DNA from: Myxococcota bacterium
GTDB taxonomy: Bacteria; Myxococcota_A; UBA9160; SZUA-336
Length of the DNA stretch: 64,000 bases
Direction: 5' to 3'
Assembly (NCBI GenBank): GCA_035499075.1
Contig: DATJZN010000056.1
Span: 15,718 to 79,717, forward strand
Shown: positions 43,857 to 52,629 of the stretch, piece after piece
How positions within the stretch are numbered: the stretch's first letter is position 1
Layout: every line of letters begins with the position of its first letter
Program-made: the position numbers and the translations under genes
Notes under the pieces: generated by a model
Told to the model about the DNA's origin: nothing
What the model saw: only the letters and a program-made list of their open reading frames with translations
Database searches by the model: none

Positions 43857-45263
43857 ATGAGCGACTACACGATGACCATCGACGGCAAGGCCGAATCCGC
43901 GAAGGCGACGTTCGGCGTCATCAACCCCGCGACCGAGCAGGTGTTCGCGCAGCCGCCGGAGTGCACCAAGGCGCAGCTCGACTCCGCCATGGAGTCCGCG
44001 CAGGCGGCCTACAAGGGCTGGTCGAAGGACGAGGCCAAGCGCCGCACCACGCTGCTCGAGATCGGCGAGGCCATCAAGTCGCGCGGCGGCGAGATCGCCC
44101 CGCTGCTCACGCAGGAGCAGGGCAAGCCCGTCGACAAGGCGATGATGGAAGTGATCGGCGCGTCGATCTGGTTCCAGTACACGGCGTCGCTGCAGATCCC
44201 CATCGAGGTGATCAGTGACACGCCCCAGAACCGCACCGAGGTGCGCCGCCGGCCGCTCGGCGTCGTCGCCGCGATCACGCCCTGGAACTTCCCGCTCATG
44301 CTCGCGGTGTGGAAGATCGCGCCGGCGCTCCTGGCCGGGAACACGGTCGTCATCAAGCCCTCGCCGTACACGCCGCTCACCACGCTGAAGCTCGGCGAGA
44401 TCCTGCGCAGCGTGGTCCCGCCGGGCGTCGTGAACGTCGTGTCGGGCGGCAACGAGCTCGGCGGCTGGATGACCAGCCACCCGATCCCGCGCAAGATCTC
44501 GTTCACGGGCTCGGTCGCGACGGGCAAGAAGGTGGCCGCGGCAGCGGCGCCCGACCTGAAGCGCACGACGCTCGAGCTCGGCGGCAACGACGCCGCGATC
44601 CTGCTCGGCGACGTCGACGTGAAGTCGACCGCGCAGAAGATCTTCTGGGGCGCGTTCGAGAACTCGGGCCAGATCTGCAGCGCGATCAAGCGCGTGTACG
44701 TGCCCGAGAGCCTGTACGGCCCGGTCGTCGCGGAGCTGCAGGAGATCGCGAAGTCCGTGAAGGTCGGGAACGGCCTCGAGGCGGGCACGCAGCTCGGCCC
44801 GCTCAACAACAAGATGCAGTACGACAAGGTCCGCGAGATGATCGACGACGCCAGGAAGCACGGCGCCAAGGTCGTCAACGGCGGCCAGCAGCTGTCGAGC
44901 AAGGGCTACTTCATCGCGCCGACCATCATCTCGGAAGTCGCCGAGGGCGTGCGCATCGTCGACGAGGAGCAGTTCGGCCCGGCCCTGCCGGTGATCCCGT
45001 ACCGCAACGTCGAGGACGCCGTCGAGCGCGCGAACGGCACCATGTATGGCCTGTCCGGCTCGGTCTGGTCGGCGAACCCGGAGAAGGCCGCCGAAGTCGC
45101 GCGCCAGCTCGATACGGGCACGGCCTGGGTGAACCAGCACCTGGCGATCGCGCCGAACCTGCCGTTCGGCGGCGCCAAGTGGTCGGGGATCGGCGTCGAG
45201 AACGGCCCGTGGGGCCTGCTCGGCTTCACCGAGCTGCAGGTGGTCAACGTCGCGAAGGGCTAA
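43857..45263 (+). CDS. NAD(P)-dependent aldehyde dehydrogenase
   Basis: ...ITPWNFPLMLAVWKIAPALLAGNTVVIKPSPYTP...ELGGNDAAIL...ENSGQICSAIKRVYV..., with the catalytic Cys and Glu motifs. 468 aa. Confidence 0.9.
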   Translation: MSDYTMTIDGKAESAKATFGVINPATEQVFAQPPECTKAQLDSAMESAQAAYKGWSKDEAKRRTTLLEIGEAIKSRGGEIAPLLTQEQGKPVDKAMMEVIGASIWFQYTASLQIPIEVISDTPQNRTEVRRRPLGVVAAITPWNFPLMLAVWKIAPALLAGNTVVIKPSPYTPLTTLKLGEILRSVVPPGVVNVVSGGNELGGWMTSHPIPRKISFTGSVATGKKVAAAAAPDLKRTTLELGGNDAAILLGDVDVKSTAQKIFWGAFENSGQICSAIKRVYVPESLYGPVVAELQEIAKSVKVGNGLEAGTQLGPLNNKMQYDKVREMIDDARKHGAKVVNGGQQLSSKGYFIAPTIISEVAEGVRIVDEEQFGPALPVIPYRNVEDAVERANGTMYGLSGSVWSANPEKAAEVARQLDTGTAWVNQHLAIAPNLPFGGAKWSGIGVENGPWGLLGFTELQVVNVAKG

Positions 45264-45288
45264 GGCCCTCGCGCGCCAGCCGAAGACG

Positions 45289-45320
45289 AGCGCGCCTCGG
45301 TGTTCGCACCGAGGCGCGCT
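45289..45320. terminator. perfect 14-bp inverted repeat with TTCG tetraloop between convergent genes (bidirectional terminator)
   Basis: AGCGCGCCTCGGTG-TTCG-CACCGAGGCGCGCT lies exactly between the ALDH stop (45261-45263) and the minus-strand membrane protein stop (45321-45323), followed by TCATTTG. Confidence 0.6.
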
Positions 45321-45797
45321 TCATTTGCGGCGAAGCGCGAGCGCCGCGAGCGGGCTCGCGAGCACGGCCGCGTAGATCAGATAGAGCCACGGGAACTGGC
45401 CGACGTAGAAGTCGTGCGCCGAGAGCGAGACCGGCGTGCGCAGCCAGACGAAGCCGAGGTAGTCGACGGGCAGCGCGAGCGCGAGCCAGAGCGCGCCGAG
45501 CGCCCAGCCTTCCCTGCGCGCCGCCAGGCCGCGCGCGCGCCCGCGGAAGTAGAGCGCGGCGAACGGCGTCCACACGGCCAGGTTCAGGATCGGCAAGAAC
45601 CTTTCGGCGAAGCGATAGCCCGGCGAGTCGAGCGGGCGGCCCGCCGGCGCGTCGCCGAGCCAGGCGACGGCGGCCAGGCAGAAGGCGGTGGCGACGACCG
45701 TGACGGCCGCGTACGCGGCCGCGAAGGTCCACAGCGCCCTCGGCCAGCGAATCGGATACTGGATACTTCTACTATCCATAATAGGGATACTAGACAT
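45321..45797 (-). CDS. small W/Y-rich integral membrane protein (function unknown)
   Basis: GC-rich third positions. Four predicted TM helices (...WTFAAAYAAVTVVATAFCLAAVAWL..., ...GWALGALWLALALPV..., ...FPWLYLIYAAVLASPLAALAL). The annotated N-terminus (MSSIPIMDSRSIQYPI) is encoded by the AT-rich operator region, so the real start is probably further downstream. Confidence 0.5.
   Translation of the reverse strand: MSSIPIMDSRSIQYPIRWPRALWTFAAAYAAVTVVATAFCLAAVAWLGDAPAGRPLDSPGYRFAERFLPILNLAVWTPFAALYFRGRARGLAARREGWALGALWLALALPVDYLGFVWLRTPVSLSAHDFYVGQFPWLYLIYAAVLASPLAALALRRK
45754..45791. promoter_or_regulatory. AT-rich operator/promoter island: three GGATACT direct repeats, a TGGATA-N7-TATCCA dyad and a CATAAT -10-like hexamer
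   Basis: GGATACT at 45754-60, 45761-67 and 45785-91. Palindrome TGGATACTTCTACTATCCA at 45760-45778. CATAAT at 45777-82. 36-70 bp upstream of the MerR-family gene and overlapping the 5' end of the divergent membrane-protein ORF. Confidence 0.5.
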
Positions 45798-45826
45798 GTC
45801 CGCTCACCCGGGTCAAATTCCCGCGC

Positions 45827-46537
45827 GTGCGGCTGGCCGAGCTCTCGGAACGCGCGGGCGTGCCCCGCTCGACGATCAAGTTCTACATCCGCGAGGGGCT
45901 GCTCTCGCCGGGCGCCGTCCACGCGCGCAACCAGGCGAGCTACGGCAGCCAACACGTCGAGCGGCTCGCGCTGATCCGCGCGCTGCGCGAGGTCGCGGGC
46001 CTGCCGCTCGAAGTGGTGGCACGCGTGACGAAGGAGCTCGACCGCGGCTGGGAAGGCGACCCGTTCGCCGAGGCCATGCTCGCACTCTCCGCGCCGCCCG
46101 CTGCCCCGCCCGCCGGCGCCGCCGAGCGGCGCCGCGCCACCGAAGAGGTGCGCGCGTTCCTGCGCGGCCTGCCGTGGACGACGGCGCACACGCGCTACTA
46201 CTTCGCCGACGAGCTCGCCGCGGCGCTCGTCGCGGTGCGGCGCTGGCTCTACCCCGACTTCCCGGTCGCTGCGCTCGCGAAGTACGCGCAGCTGGCCTGG
46301 CTGCTGTCCGAAGTCGAGTTCGACCTCGCGCCCGGCGGCGCGCGCGTGCCGCTGCGCGCCCGCGGCGACGACGTCGCCGAGCCGACCCGCCGCGCGATCC
46401 TCTCGAGCGTCCTCTTCGAACGAATCTTCTCCGCGCTCCGCCGCTGCGCGAACTCCATGCGCTCGATCCGTCTGGCCACCGGCACGCGAGTGCCCGCAGC
46501 ACGCGCGCCCGGGCTTCGCCGCGCCAGACGCCGCTAG
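45827..46537 (+). CDS. MerR-family transcriptional regulator with a long C-terminal extension
   Basis: (V)RLAELSERAGVPRSTIKFYIREGLLSPG is a MerR helix-turn-helix. 236 aa. GTG start. Confidence 0.8.
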   Translation: MRLAELSERAGVPRSTIKFYIREGLLSPGAVHARNQASYGSQHVERLALIRALREVAGLPLEVVARVTKELDRGWEGDPFAEAMLALSAPPAAPPAGAAERRRATEEVRAFLRGLPWTTAHTRYYFADELAAALVAVRRWLYPDFPVAALAKYAQLAWLLSEVEFDLAPGGARVPLRARGDDVAEPTRRAILSSVLFERIFSALRRCANSMRSIRLATGTRVPAARAPGLRRARRR

Positions 46538-46541
46538 CGGC

Positions 46542-46979
46542 TCAGCTCCCCGCCGTGCTCAGCGCCTCGGCGAGAGCCTCCCAAGCCAACGTGGCGCAGC
46601 GCTGACGCGAAGGCAGCGCCGCCACGCGCCCGAAGGCGCGCAAGCGCGGATCGAGCTCGGGTCCGGGCGGCTCGCCGCGCACCACGCGCGCGAGCTCGGC
46701 GCCGAGCGCGCGCGCTTGGGCCGGCACTGCGCCGTGGACCAGCTCGGTCATCACGCTGCCCGAGGCCACGGCGATCGAGCAGCCGCGCGCGCGGGCGGAC
46801 ACGTCGGCGATCTTGCCGCCGGCGAGCTGCACCTCGACGCGCACCTGGTCGCCGCAGATCGGGTTCGCGACCTGCGCTTCGCCGCTCGGCGCCGCCAGCG
46901 GCGCGCGGTGGCGCGGGTTGCGGTAGTGCTCGAGCACGACCTCGCGGTAGAGCGACTCGAGCTCGCTCAGGTCGGACAC
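46542..46979 (-). CDS. sufU: SufU/IscU-like Fe-S cluster assembly scaffold (Zn-dependent sulfurtransferase type)
   Basis: ...LYREVVLEHYRNPRHRAPL....ANPICGDQVRVEV...GCSIAVASGSVMTELVHG..., the three conserved Cys of the NifU N-terminal domain. GTG start at 46977-46979; 145 aa. It is the 3' part of track ORF 46542..47465. Confidence 0.7.
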   Translation of the reverse strand: MSDLSELESLYREVVLEHYRNPRHRAPLAAPSGEAQVANPICGDQVRVEVQLAGGKIADVSARARGCSIAVASGSVMTELVHGAVPAQARALGAELARVVRGEPPGPELDPRLRAFGRVAALPSRQRCATLAWEALAEALSTAGS

Positions 46980-47836
46980 TTCGCGGACTCGAGCGGGCCG
47001 TCGGGCACCTCGACGCCCGCGTCCGTGATCCGCACGCCCTTCACGTCCATGAGCCGGCGCGCCGTCGTGTCCGCGCCGCGCAGCCGCTGCACGATCTCGG
47101 CCAGGATCGAGAGCGCGATCTCCTGCGGCGTCACCGCGGCCAGGTCGAGCCCCGCGGGCGACGCCACGCGGCGCAACCGCTCTGCCGACACGCCGTCCTC
47201 GTGCAGCCGCTCGAGCACGAGCGCGCTGCGCTTGCGGCTCGCGACGAGCCCCACGTAGGCCGGCGACTGGCGCAGCACGCGCTGCAACGCCTCGTAGTCG
47301 CTCTTGTGCTGGGTGGCGATCACGACGTAGGTCTGCGCGTCGCATTCGGCCTTTGCGTAATCGGGGTCCTCGGTGACGCGCAGGTCGGCGTCGGGGAACG
47401 CCTCGCGCGTCGCCAGCGCGTCGTTCACGGTGACGTGGAAGCCGAGCGCGTGGCCGAAGCGGCACAGCGTCTCAGCGATCGAGCCGTGACCCAGCACGAG
47501 AAGCTTCGGAGCTTGCATCATCGCCTCGACGTAGATGTCCATGTGACCGCCGCAGGGCATGCCGACGCCGAGCACCTCGTCGTCGAGGTCGAGCCGCACC
47601 AGGCGCGAGCCTCGCTCGGCCATCACCTCGCGCGCGACGTCGCGCACGGTCGATTCCGCGCAGCCGCCGCCGACCCAGCCGAACACGGTGCGGCCCTGCG
47701 CGTCGATGATCGACTTTGCGCCCGGCTTGGCCGACGCGCTCCCTTCGACGCGTACGACCGTCGCGACCGCGACGTTCTCACCCGCCGCGAGCCGCGCGGC
47801 GAGCGCGCGGGCGAAGTCCGTGGCCGAGGCTGCCAT
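46967..47836 (-). CDS. XdhC/CoxI-family molybdenum-cofactor insertion accessory protein
   Basis: ...AVATVVRVEGSASAKPGAKSIIDAQGRTVFGWVGGGCAE... is the XdhC N-domain. ...KLLVLGHGSIAETLCRFGHALGFHVTVND... is the Rossmann-like C-domain. Confidence 0.8.
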   Translation of the reverse strand: MAASATDFARALAARLAAGENVAVATVVRVEGSASAKPGAKSIIDAQGRTVFGWVGGGCAESTVRDVAREVMAERGSRLVRLDLDDEVLGVGMPCGGHMDIYVEAMMQAPKLLVLGHGSIAETLCRFGHALGFHVTVNDALATREAFPDADLRVTEDPDYAKAECDAQTYVVIATQHKSDYEALQRVLRQSPAYVGLVASRKRSALVLERLHEDGVSAERLRRVASPAGLDLAAVTPQEIALSILAEIVQRLRGADTTARRLMDVKGVRITDAGVEVPDGPLESAKCPT

Positions 47837-47905
47837 GCGCGGGAAAGTCTAGACGGATCCTCCCCCCCGTGCGACCTTCGCCCGTCCCCGGATTCGCGAG
47901 GCCAG

Positions 47906-49813
47906 ATGCGCGTTCAGCCGAGGTTTGCCCAGCTCGCGGCGGGCGCCGCATTCGCCGTCGTGGTCGCCACTGCGGCGCTCTGGCTCGACCCGCCGTCGCA
48001 GGCCGGGGCGCAGGGCCGCCCGACCCAGTACCTGGCGCGCTTCGAGGGCAGCACCCTCGACGGCAAGCGCGCCGGCTCGGACCTGTTCCAGAAGCGTCGC
48101 GGCGTGATCTTCTTGTGGGCCGACAAGGACCCCGACCGCGACCGCGCCGCGAAGCTGCTCACGGGCCTCACGCGGGACGCGGAGCGCGCGAACGTGGGCG
48201 TGCTCGGCGTGAGCCGCGACCCCGACCCCGCGCTGGCGCAGCACTACGCCAGGCTGCGCGGCTTCGAGTTCCCGATCCTGGTCGACGGCGACGGCGCGAT
48301 CGCGCGCAAGCTCGACGCCCCGCCCGGCACGTCCATGCTCGTGCTCGTCGACGCCGAGGGCAAGATCGTGGCCCAGCTCGCCGGGCTCGCGAGCCAGCCG
48401 ACCGAGATCGACGCCGGCCTGGTGGCGCAGATGCGCCAGCTCATGCAGCTCCCGCCCGACGACGCAGCCGCGACGCCGATCTTCGGCGTACTGCCCGCCG
48501 CGCCGCCGTTCTCGGTCACGAGCACCGACGGCGCGCACACCGCGCAGCTCTCGGACTACTCGGGCAAGGTGCTCGTGTTCCTCTTCTTCCTGCCCACCTG
48601 CCCGCACTGCCACGCGATGCTGAAGTACCTGAACGGGCTCGCCGCGCAGCTCGGCGCCCAGGATCTCGCGATCGTCCCGGTGTCGGTGTCGGACAAGAAG
48701 TACGTGGTCGAAGAGATGGTGAGCGACCTGAAGCTCGGCTTCCCCGCCTACCTCGACCCCGACCGCAAGGCGCAGAACGCCTACGGCTCCCTCGGTGAGG
48801 TGCCCGAGGTCTTCGTGATCGACCGTGCGGGCAAGGTCGTGCAGCGCACGGCAGGCGACTCGCCCCGTATCGAGGCGCTGGTGACGCTCTCCATCCGCCA
48901 CGAGCTGGGCGGCCCGCCGCAGATCCTGCTCGACAAGGCGGGCTACAGCGGCGACGAGTTCTGCGCGGTGTGCCACCGCGATCAGCACGCGACGTGGCTG
49001 CTCACCGGGCACGCGAACGCGTGGGACACGCTCGTCGAGCACGGCGCCGACCGCGACCCGCAGTGCCTGCGCTGCCACACCGTGGGCTTCGGCAAGCCCG
49101 GCGGCTTCGACCCGGAGCAGCGCCCCGACCACCTGAAGGGCGTGCAGTGCGAGAACTGCCACGGTCGCGGCGGCCCGCACCAATCGCCCGACTTCGCGAA
49201 GACGGGCTTCGAGCCCGTCTGCCTGGGCTGCCATGACGCCGACCACTCGCTGCACTTCGTGTACGCGGAGCGGCTGCCCATGATCTCGCACGCGGCGAAC
49301 GCCGCCGCGCTCGCCAACCTGTCCGTCGACGAGCGGCGCAAGCTCGCCGAGAAACGCGCCAAGCGCGACCGGCAGATCTTCGACCCCGGCGAGTTCGTCG
49401 GCTCGGCGGCGTGCGAGAGCTGCCACGCGAAGGAAGCCAAGCTGTGGGCCGAGTCGGGCCATGCGCGCGCGTTCGAGACCCTCGACAAGCGCCACGAGGC
49501 CAAGAACGCCGACTGCCAGAAGTGCCACACCACGGGCTTCGGCCAGCCGACCGGCTTCCCGACGGGTGGGGCTACACTCGCGAGTGTAGGCTGCGAGAGC
49601 TGTCACGGGCCGGGCAAGCGCCACGTCGAAGACCAGGGCAAGACGTCGGGCACGATCCTGGCGCTCACCAACAAGTGCGACACGTGCGCGATCCAGATGA
49701 TCTGCGGCACGTGCCACGACGACGCGAACGACAAGGGCTTCGAGTTCGCCATCGAAACCAAGCTCGCGAAGATCAAGCACGGCTTCCGCGAGAAGAAGAC
49801 GGCGGAGAAGTGA
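47906..49813 (+). CDS. secreted fusion protein: two TlpA/redoxin-like thioredoxin-fold domains followed by an octaheme c-type cytochrome domain
   Basis: Signal peptide [27 protein letters not shown]. Thioredoxin fold with active site LPTCPHC. Then eight CxxCH motifs (CAVCH, CLRCH, CENCH, CLGCH, CESCH, CQKCH, CESCH, CGTCH) arranged as two tetraheme cytochrome c554/c552-like modules (CxxCH..W..GH). The ATG is at 47906-47908. Confidence 0.8.
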   Translation: MRVQPRFAQLAAGAAFAVVVATAALWLDPPSQAGAQGRPTQYLARFEGSTLDGKRAGSDLFQKRRGVIFLWADKDPDRDRAAKLLTGLTRDAERANVGVLGVSRDPDPALAQHYARLRGFEFPILVDGDGAIARKLDAPPGTSMLVLVDAEGKIVAQLAGLASQPTEIDAGLVAQMRQLMQLPPDDAAATPIFGVLPAAPPFSVTSTDGAHTAQLSDYSGKVLVFLFFLPTCPHCHAMLKYLNGLAAQLGAQDLAIVPVSVSDKKYVVEEMVSDLKLGFPAYLDPDRKAQNAYGSLGEVPEVFVIDRAGKVVQRTAGDSPRIEALVTLSIRHELGGPPQILLDKAGYSGDEFCAVCHRDQHATWLLTGHANAWDTLVEHGADRDPQCLRCHTVGFGKPGGFDPEQRPDHLKGVQCENCHGRGGPHQSPDFAKTGFEPVCLGCHDADHSLHFVYAERLPMISHAANAAALANLSVDERRKLAEKRAKRDRQIFDPGEFVGSAACESCHAKEAKLWAESGHARAFETLDKRHEAKNADCQKCHTTGFGQPTGFPTGGATLASVGCESCHGPGKRHVEDQGKTSGTILALTNKCDTCAIQMICGTCHDDANDKGFEFAIETKLAKIKHGFREKKTAEK

Positions 49814-50568
49814 CGACACGGGGCGACGCCGACACCTGGATCGCGGTGCGGGAGGGCCTGCGCGACCTCGTCGCGGACGGCATCGACTTCGTACCGCGCG
49901 CGGAGCGCAGCGCGAAGCCGGCCGCGCCGCGTGCGCCGAGCGGCTTCCGGCCGCGCGTCGCGCCGCTCGCCCCGCCCGCGCACGTCGGCGCAGATGCGGC
50001 CGCGAAGGCGGCGCTGCTCGAGGCGGTGCGGGCGGAGATCGGCGACTGCCGCCGGTGCACGCTGTGCGAGCGCCGCACGAACATCGTCTTCGGCGAGGGC
50101 TGCCCCGAGGCGCGCGTCGTGTTCGTCGGCGAAGGCCCCGGCGAGGAAGAGGACAAGAGCGGCCGCCCGTTCGTCGGTCGCGCGGGCGAGCTGCTCACCA
50201 AGATGATCGAAGCGGTGGGCTGGCGGCGCGAGGACGTCTACATCTGCAACATCGTGAAGTGTCGCCCGCCGGGAAACCGCGACCCCCAGCCGCTCGAAGT
50301 CGCCACGTGCGAGCCCTTCCTGCACCAGCAGATCCGGGCGATCGCACCCGCCGCGATCGTCACGCTCGGCAAGCCGGCGATCTCGGCGCTGCTCGGGCGC
50401 GTCGTGCCGATCACCAAGCTGCGCGGGCGCTGGCAGGCGTGGCAGGGCATCGAGGTCATGCCGACGTACCACCCCGCGTACCTGCTGCGGAATTACACGC
50501 GCGAGACGCGCCAGGCGGTCTGGGACGATCTGCGCGCCGTGCGCGAGCGTGTCGAGGGCGCGCGCTAG
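49810..50568 (+). CDS. uracil-DNA glycosylase, family 4
   Basis: ...[27 protein letters not shown]...[14 protein letters not shown]... are family-4 UDG motifs. The preceding Cys cluster ([14 protein letters not shown]) is the [4Fe-4S] cluster typical of this family. GTG start overlapping the cytochrome TGA (GTGA). Confidence 0.85.
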   Translation: MTTRGDADTWIAVREGLRDLVADGIDFVPRAERSAKPAAPRAPSGFRPRVAPLAPPAHVGADAAAKAALLEAVRAEIGDCRRCTLCERRTNIVFGEGCPEARVVFVGEGPGEEEDKSGRPFVGRAGELLTKMIEAVGWRREDVYICNIVKCRPPGNRDPQPLEVATCEPFLHQQIRAIAPAAIVTLGKPAISALLGRVVPITKLRGRWQAWQGIEVMPTYHPAYLLRNYTRETRQAVWDDLRAVRERVEGAR

Positions 50569-51832
50569 CGCGTTGGGCGCGGCGGCGCTGCTCGCGCTCG
50601 CGGCGGGCGCGCGCGCCGACGGCCTGCGCGCCGGCTTCGGCACGGCGCCGCTGCCCGTCCGCACCGGCGAGTCGATGGGCGGCTACGGCGGACTGTCGAC
50701 GCGGCGCGCCGACGGCGTGCTGGACCCGCCGGAAGCGCGTGCGCTCGTGCTGGAGGACTCGGGCGCGCGCGTCGGCATCGTGGCGCTCGACGTCGTGATC
50801 GCGCGGCCGAGCCTGCGCGAGCTCGTGGTGGATGGCACGCGCGATCTGCACCTGGACTGGCTCGCGCTCGTCGCCACGCACACGCACTCGGGGCCCGGCG
50901 GCTACTTGCCGGGCTGGCTCTCGGAACGGCTCACCGCGGGCGAGTTCGAGCCGAACATGCCCGGCGCGCTCGCGCACGCGGCGAGCCAGGCGCTGGCGCT
51001 CGCCGTGCGCGACCTCGCGCCCGCGACGCTGTCGAGCGGGAACGCGGTCGTGCGGCTCGCGCGCAACCGGCGCTTCGCGGACGGCGCGAACGAGAGCGAG
51101 CTCGCACTCCTGCGCGCCGACTTCGCCGGGGCGCGCCCGCCGGTGCTGCTGTTCGAGTTCGGCGTGCACGCGACCGTGCTGTCCGCCGACAACCACCAGC
51201 TCTCGGCGGACTGGCCCGGCGTGGCGCGGAGTGAGCTCGCCGCCGCGGGCTGGCGCGCGCTGTTCGTGCCCGGGCCGCTCGGCGATCAGGAGCCGGCCGT
51301 CGACCTGCCCGCGCTCGCGAGCCTGGACGAGGAGCGCGCCGCGCTCGTCGAGTTCGGGCACCGCTTCGCGCGCGAGGCCGACGCCGCAGCGCGGGCGCTC
51401 GCGCCCGCCGTGCCCGCGCCGCTCGTGTCGGTCGAGCGCTGGGTCGACACCCCGCCGCCCCAGCTGCGCAGCTTCTGCTCGCTGTGGTGGCTCTCGCCGC
51501 TGGTGAGCTCGTCGCTCGACGCATTCGTATCCAAGCGCGTGCCGTTCCAAGGCCTGCGCGCGGGCGGCGCGGAGCTCGTCACCGTGCCTGCCGAGCCGAT
51601 CTCGGCCGTGGGCTCCGCGATCCGCGCGGTGCTCCCCACCGGGCGCACGCGCTTCGTCGTGGCGCATGCGAACGACTGGCTCGGCTACGTGGTCGACCCG
51701 CCGACGTACGAGCGCGGCGGCTACGAGTCGTGCCTGTGCTTGTTCGGCGCGGGCACGTCGAAGTGGCTGATCGACTCCGCGGCGGCGACGGTGCGCGCGC
51801 TCGACGCGCGCGCGGAGGCGCCGGCGCGATGA
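50549..51832 (+). CDS. secreted neutral/alkaline ceramidase-like hydrolase (tentative)
   Basis: Signal peptide ...ALGAAALLALAAGARA; ...GESMGGYGG...LVATHTHSGPGGY... resembles the N-terminal catalytic region of the neutral ceramidase family. 427 aa. The start overlaps the UDG 3' end by 20 nt (GTG, or the TTG at 50572). Confidence 0.55.
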   Translation: MSRARASALGAAALLALAAGARADGLRAGFGTAPLPVRTGESMGGYGGLSTRRADGVLDPPEARALVLEDSGARVGIVALDVVIARPSLRELVVDGTRDLHLDWLALVATHTHSGPGGYLPGWLSERLTAGEFEPNMPGALAHAASQALALAVRDLAPATLSSGNAVVRLARNRRFADGANESELALLRADFAGARPPVLLFEFGVHATVLSADNHQLSADWPGVARSELAAAGWRALFVPGPLGDQEPAVDLPALASLDEERAALVEFGHRFAREADAAARALAPAVPAPLVSVERWVDTPPPQLRSFCSLWWLSPLVSSSLDAFVSKRVPFQGLRAGGAELVTVPAEPISAVGSAIRAVLPTGRTRFVVAHANDWLGYVVDPPTYERGGYESCLCLFGAGTSKWLIDSAAATVRALDARAEAPAR

Positions 51833-52629
51833 CGCGCGCGCGCTGCGGCATCGTGCTCCACCCCGCCGGGCACACGCTCTCGCCGGTACTGCACCGCACC
51901 GCCTACGCGGCGCTCGGGCTCGACGCGGAGTTCGACGTCTGGGACGTGCCCGCCGAGGAGCTCCGCGCGAAGCTGGCGGAGCTTCGCGGAGTAACACAAC
52001 TATGTGTATCCCTGCCGCACAAGGAAGCGGCGCTCGCTCTGGCCGTCGAAGTCTCGGAGTCGGCGCGCGCGATCGGCGCGGCGAACACGCTCACCGCGCG
52101 CGGGGGCGGCTTCGCGGCCGACAACACCGACTGGCTCGGCGTCACGGCCGCCGTCGAGCCGCACGGCCCGTGGCGCGGCAAACGCGCGCTCGTGCTGGGC
52201 GCGGGAGGCGCGGCGCGCGCCGTCGTGTTCGCGCTGCGCCAGCTCGGCATGGACGTCGCCCTTCACAACCGCACGCGCGCGCGCGCCGAACGCGTCGCCC
52301 GCGAGCTCGGCGCGCGCGTCGCCGGCTCCGACGAACCGTGGGAGATGCTCGTGAACGCCACGTCGGTGGGCATGGCGCCCGACGCCGGCGCCACCCCGCT
52401 CGCCGCCGAGAAGCTCCGCGCCGGCGCGTTCGTGTTCGACACCGTCTACCGCCCGCTCGAGACGCGGCTCCTGCGCGAGGCGCGCCAGCGGGGCCTGCGC
52501 GTGCAGGACGGCCTCGCCATGCTCGTGTCTCAAGCCGTCGAGCAGATCCGCATCTGGAGCGGCCGCCGTGCCGACGCGGCGCCGTTGCGCCAGGCCGCAC
52601 TCGACGCGCTACGCTCGGCCGCACGATGA
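51829..52629 (+). CDS. aroE: shikimate dehydrogenase
   Basis: ...QLCVSLPHKEAALALA...IGAANTL......NTDWLGV...LVLGAGGAARAV... ATG overlapping the upstream TGA (ATGA). 266 aa. Confidence 0.85.
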   Translation: MTRARCGIVLHPAGHTLSPVLHRTAYAALGLDAEFDVWDVPAEELRAKLAELRGVTQLCVSLPHKEAALALAVEVSESARAIGAANTLTARGGGFAADNTDWLGVTAAVEPHGPWRGKRALVLGAGGAARAVVFALRQLGMDVALHNRTRARAERVARELGARVAGSDEPWEMLVNATSVGMAPDAGATPLAAEKLRAGAFVFDTVYRPLETRLLREARQRGLRVQDGLAMLVSQAVEQIRIWSGRRADAAPLRQAALDALRSAAR

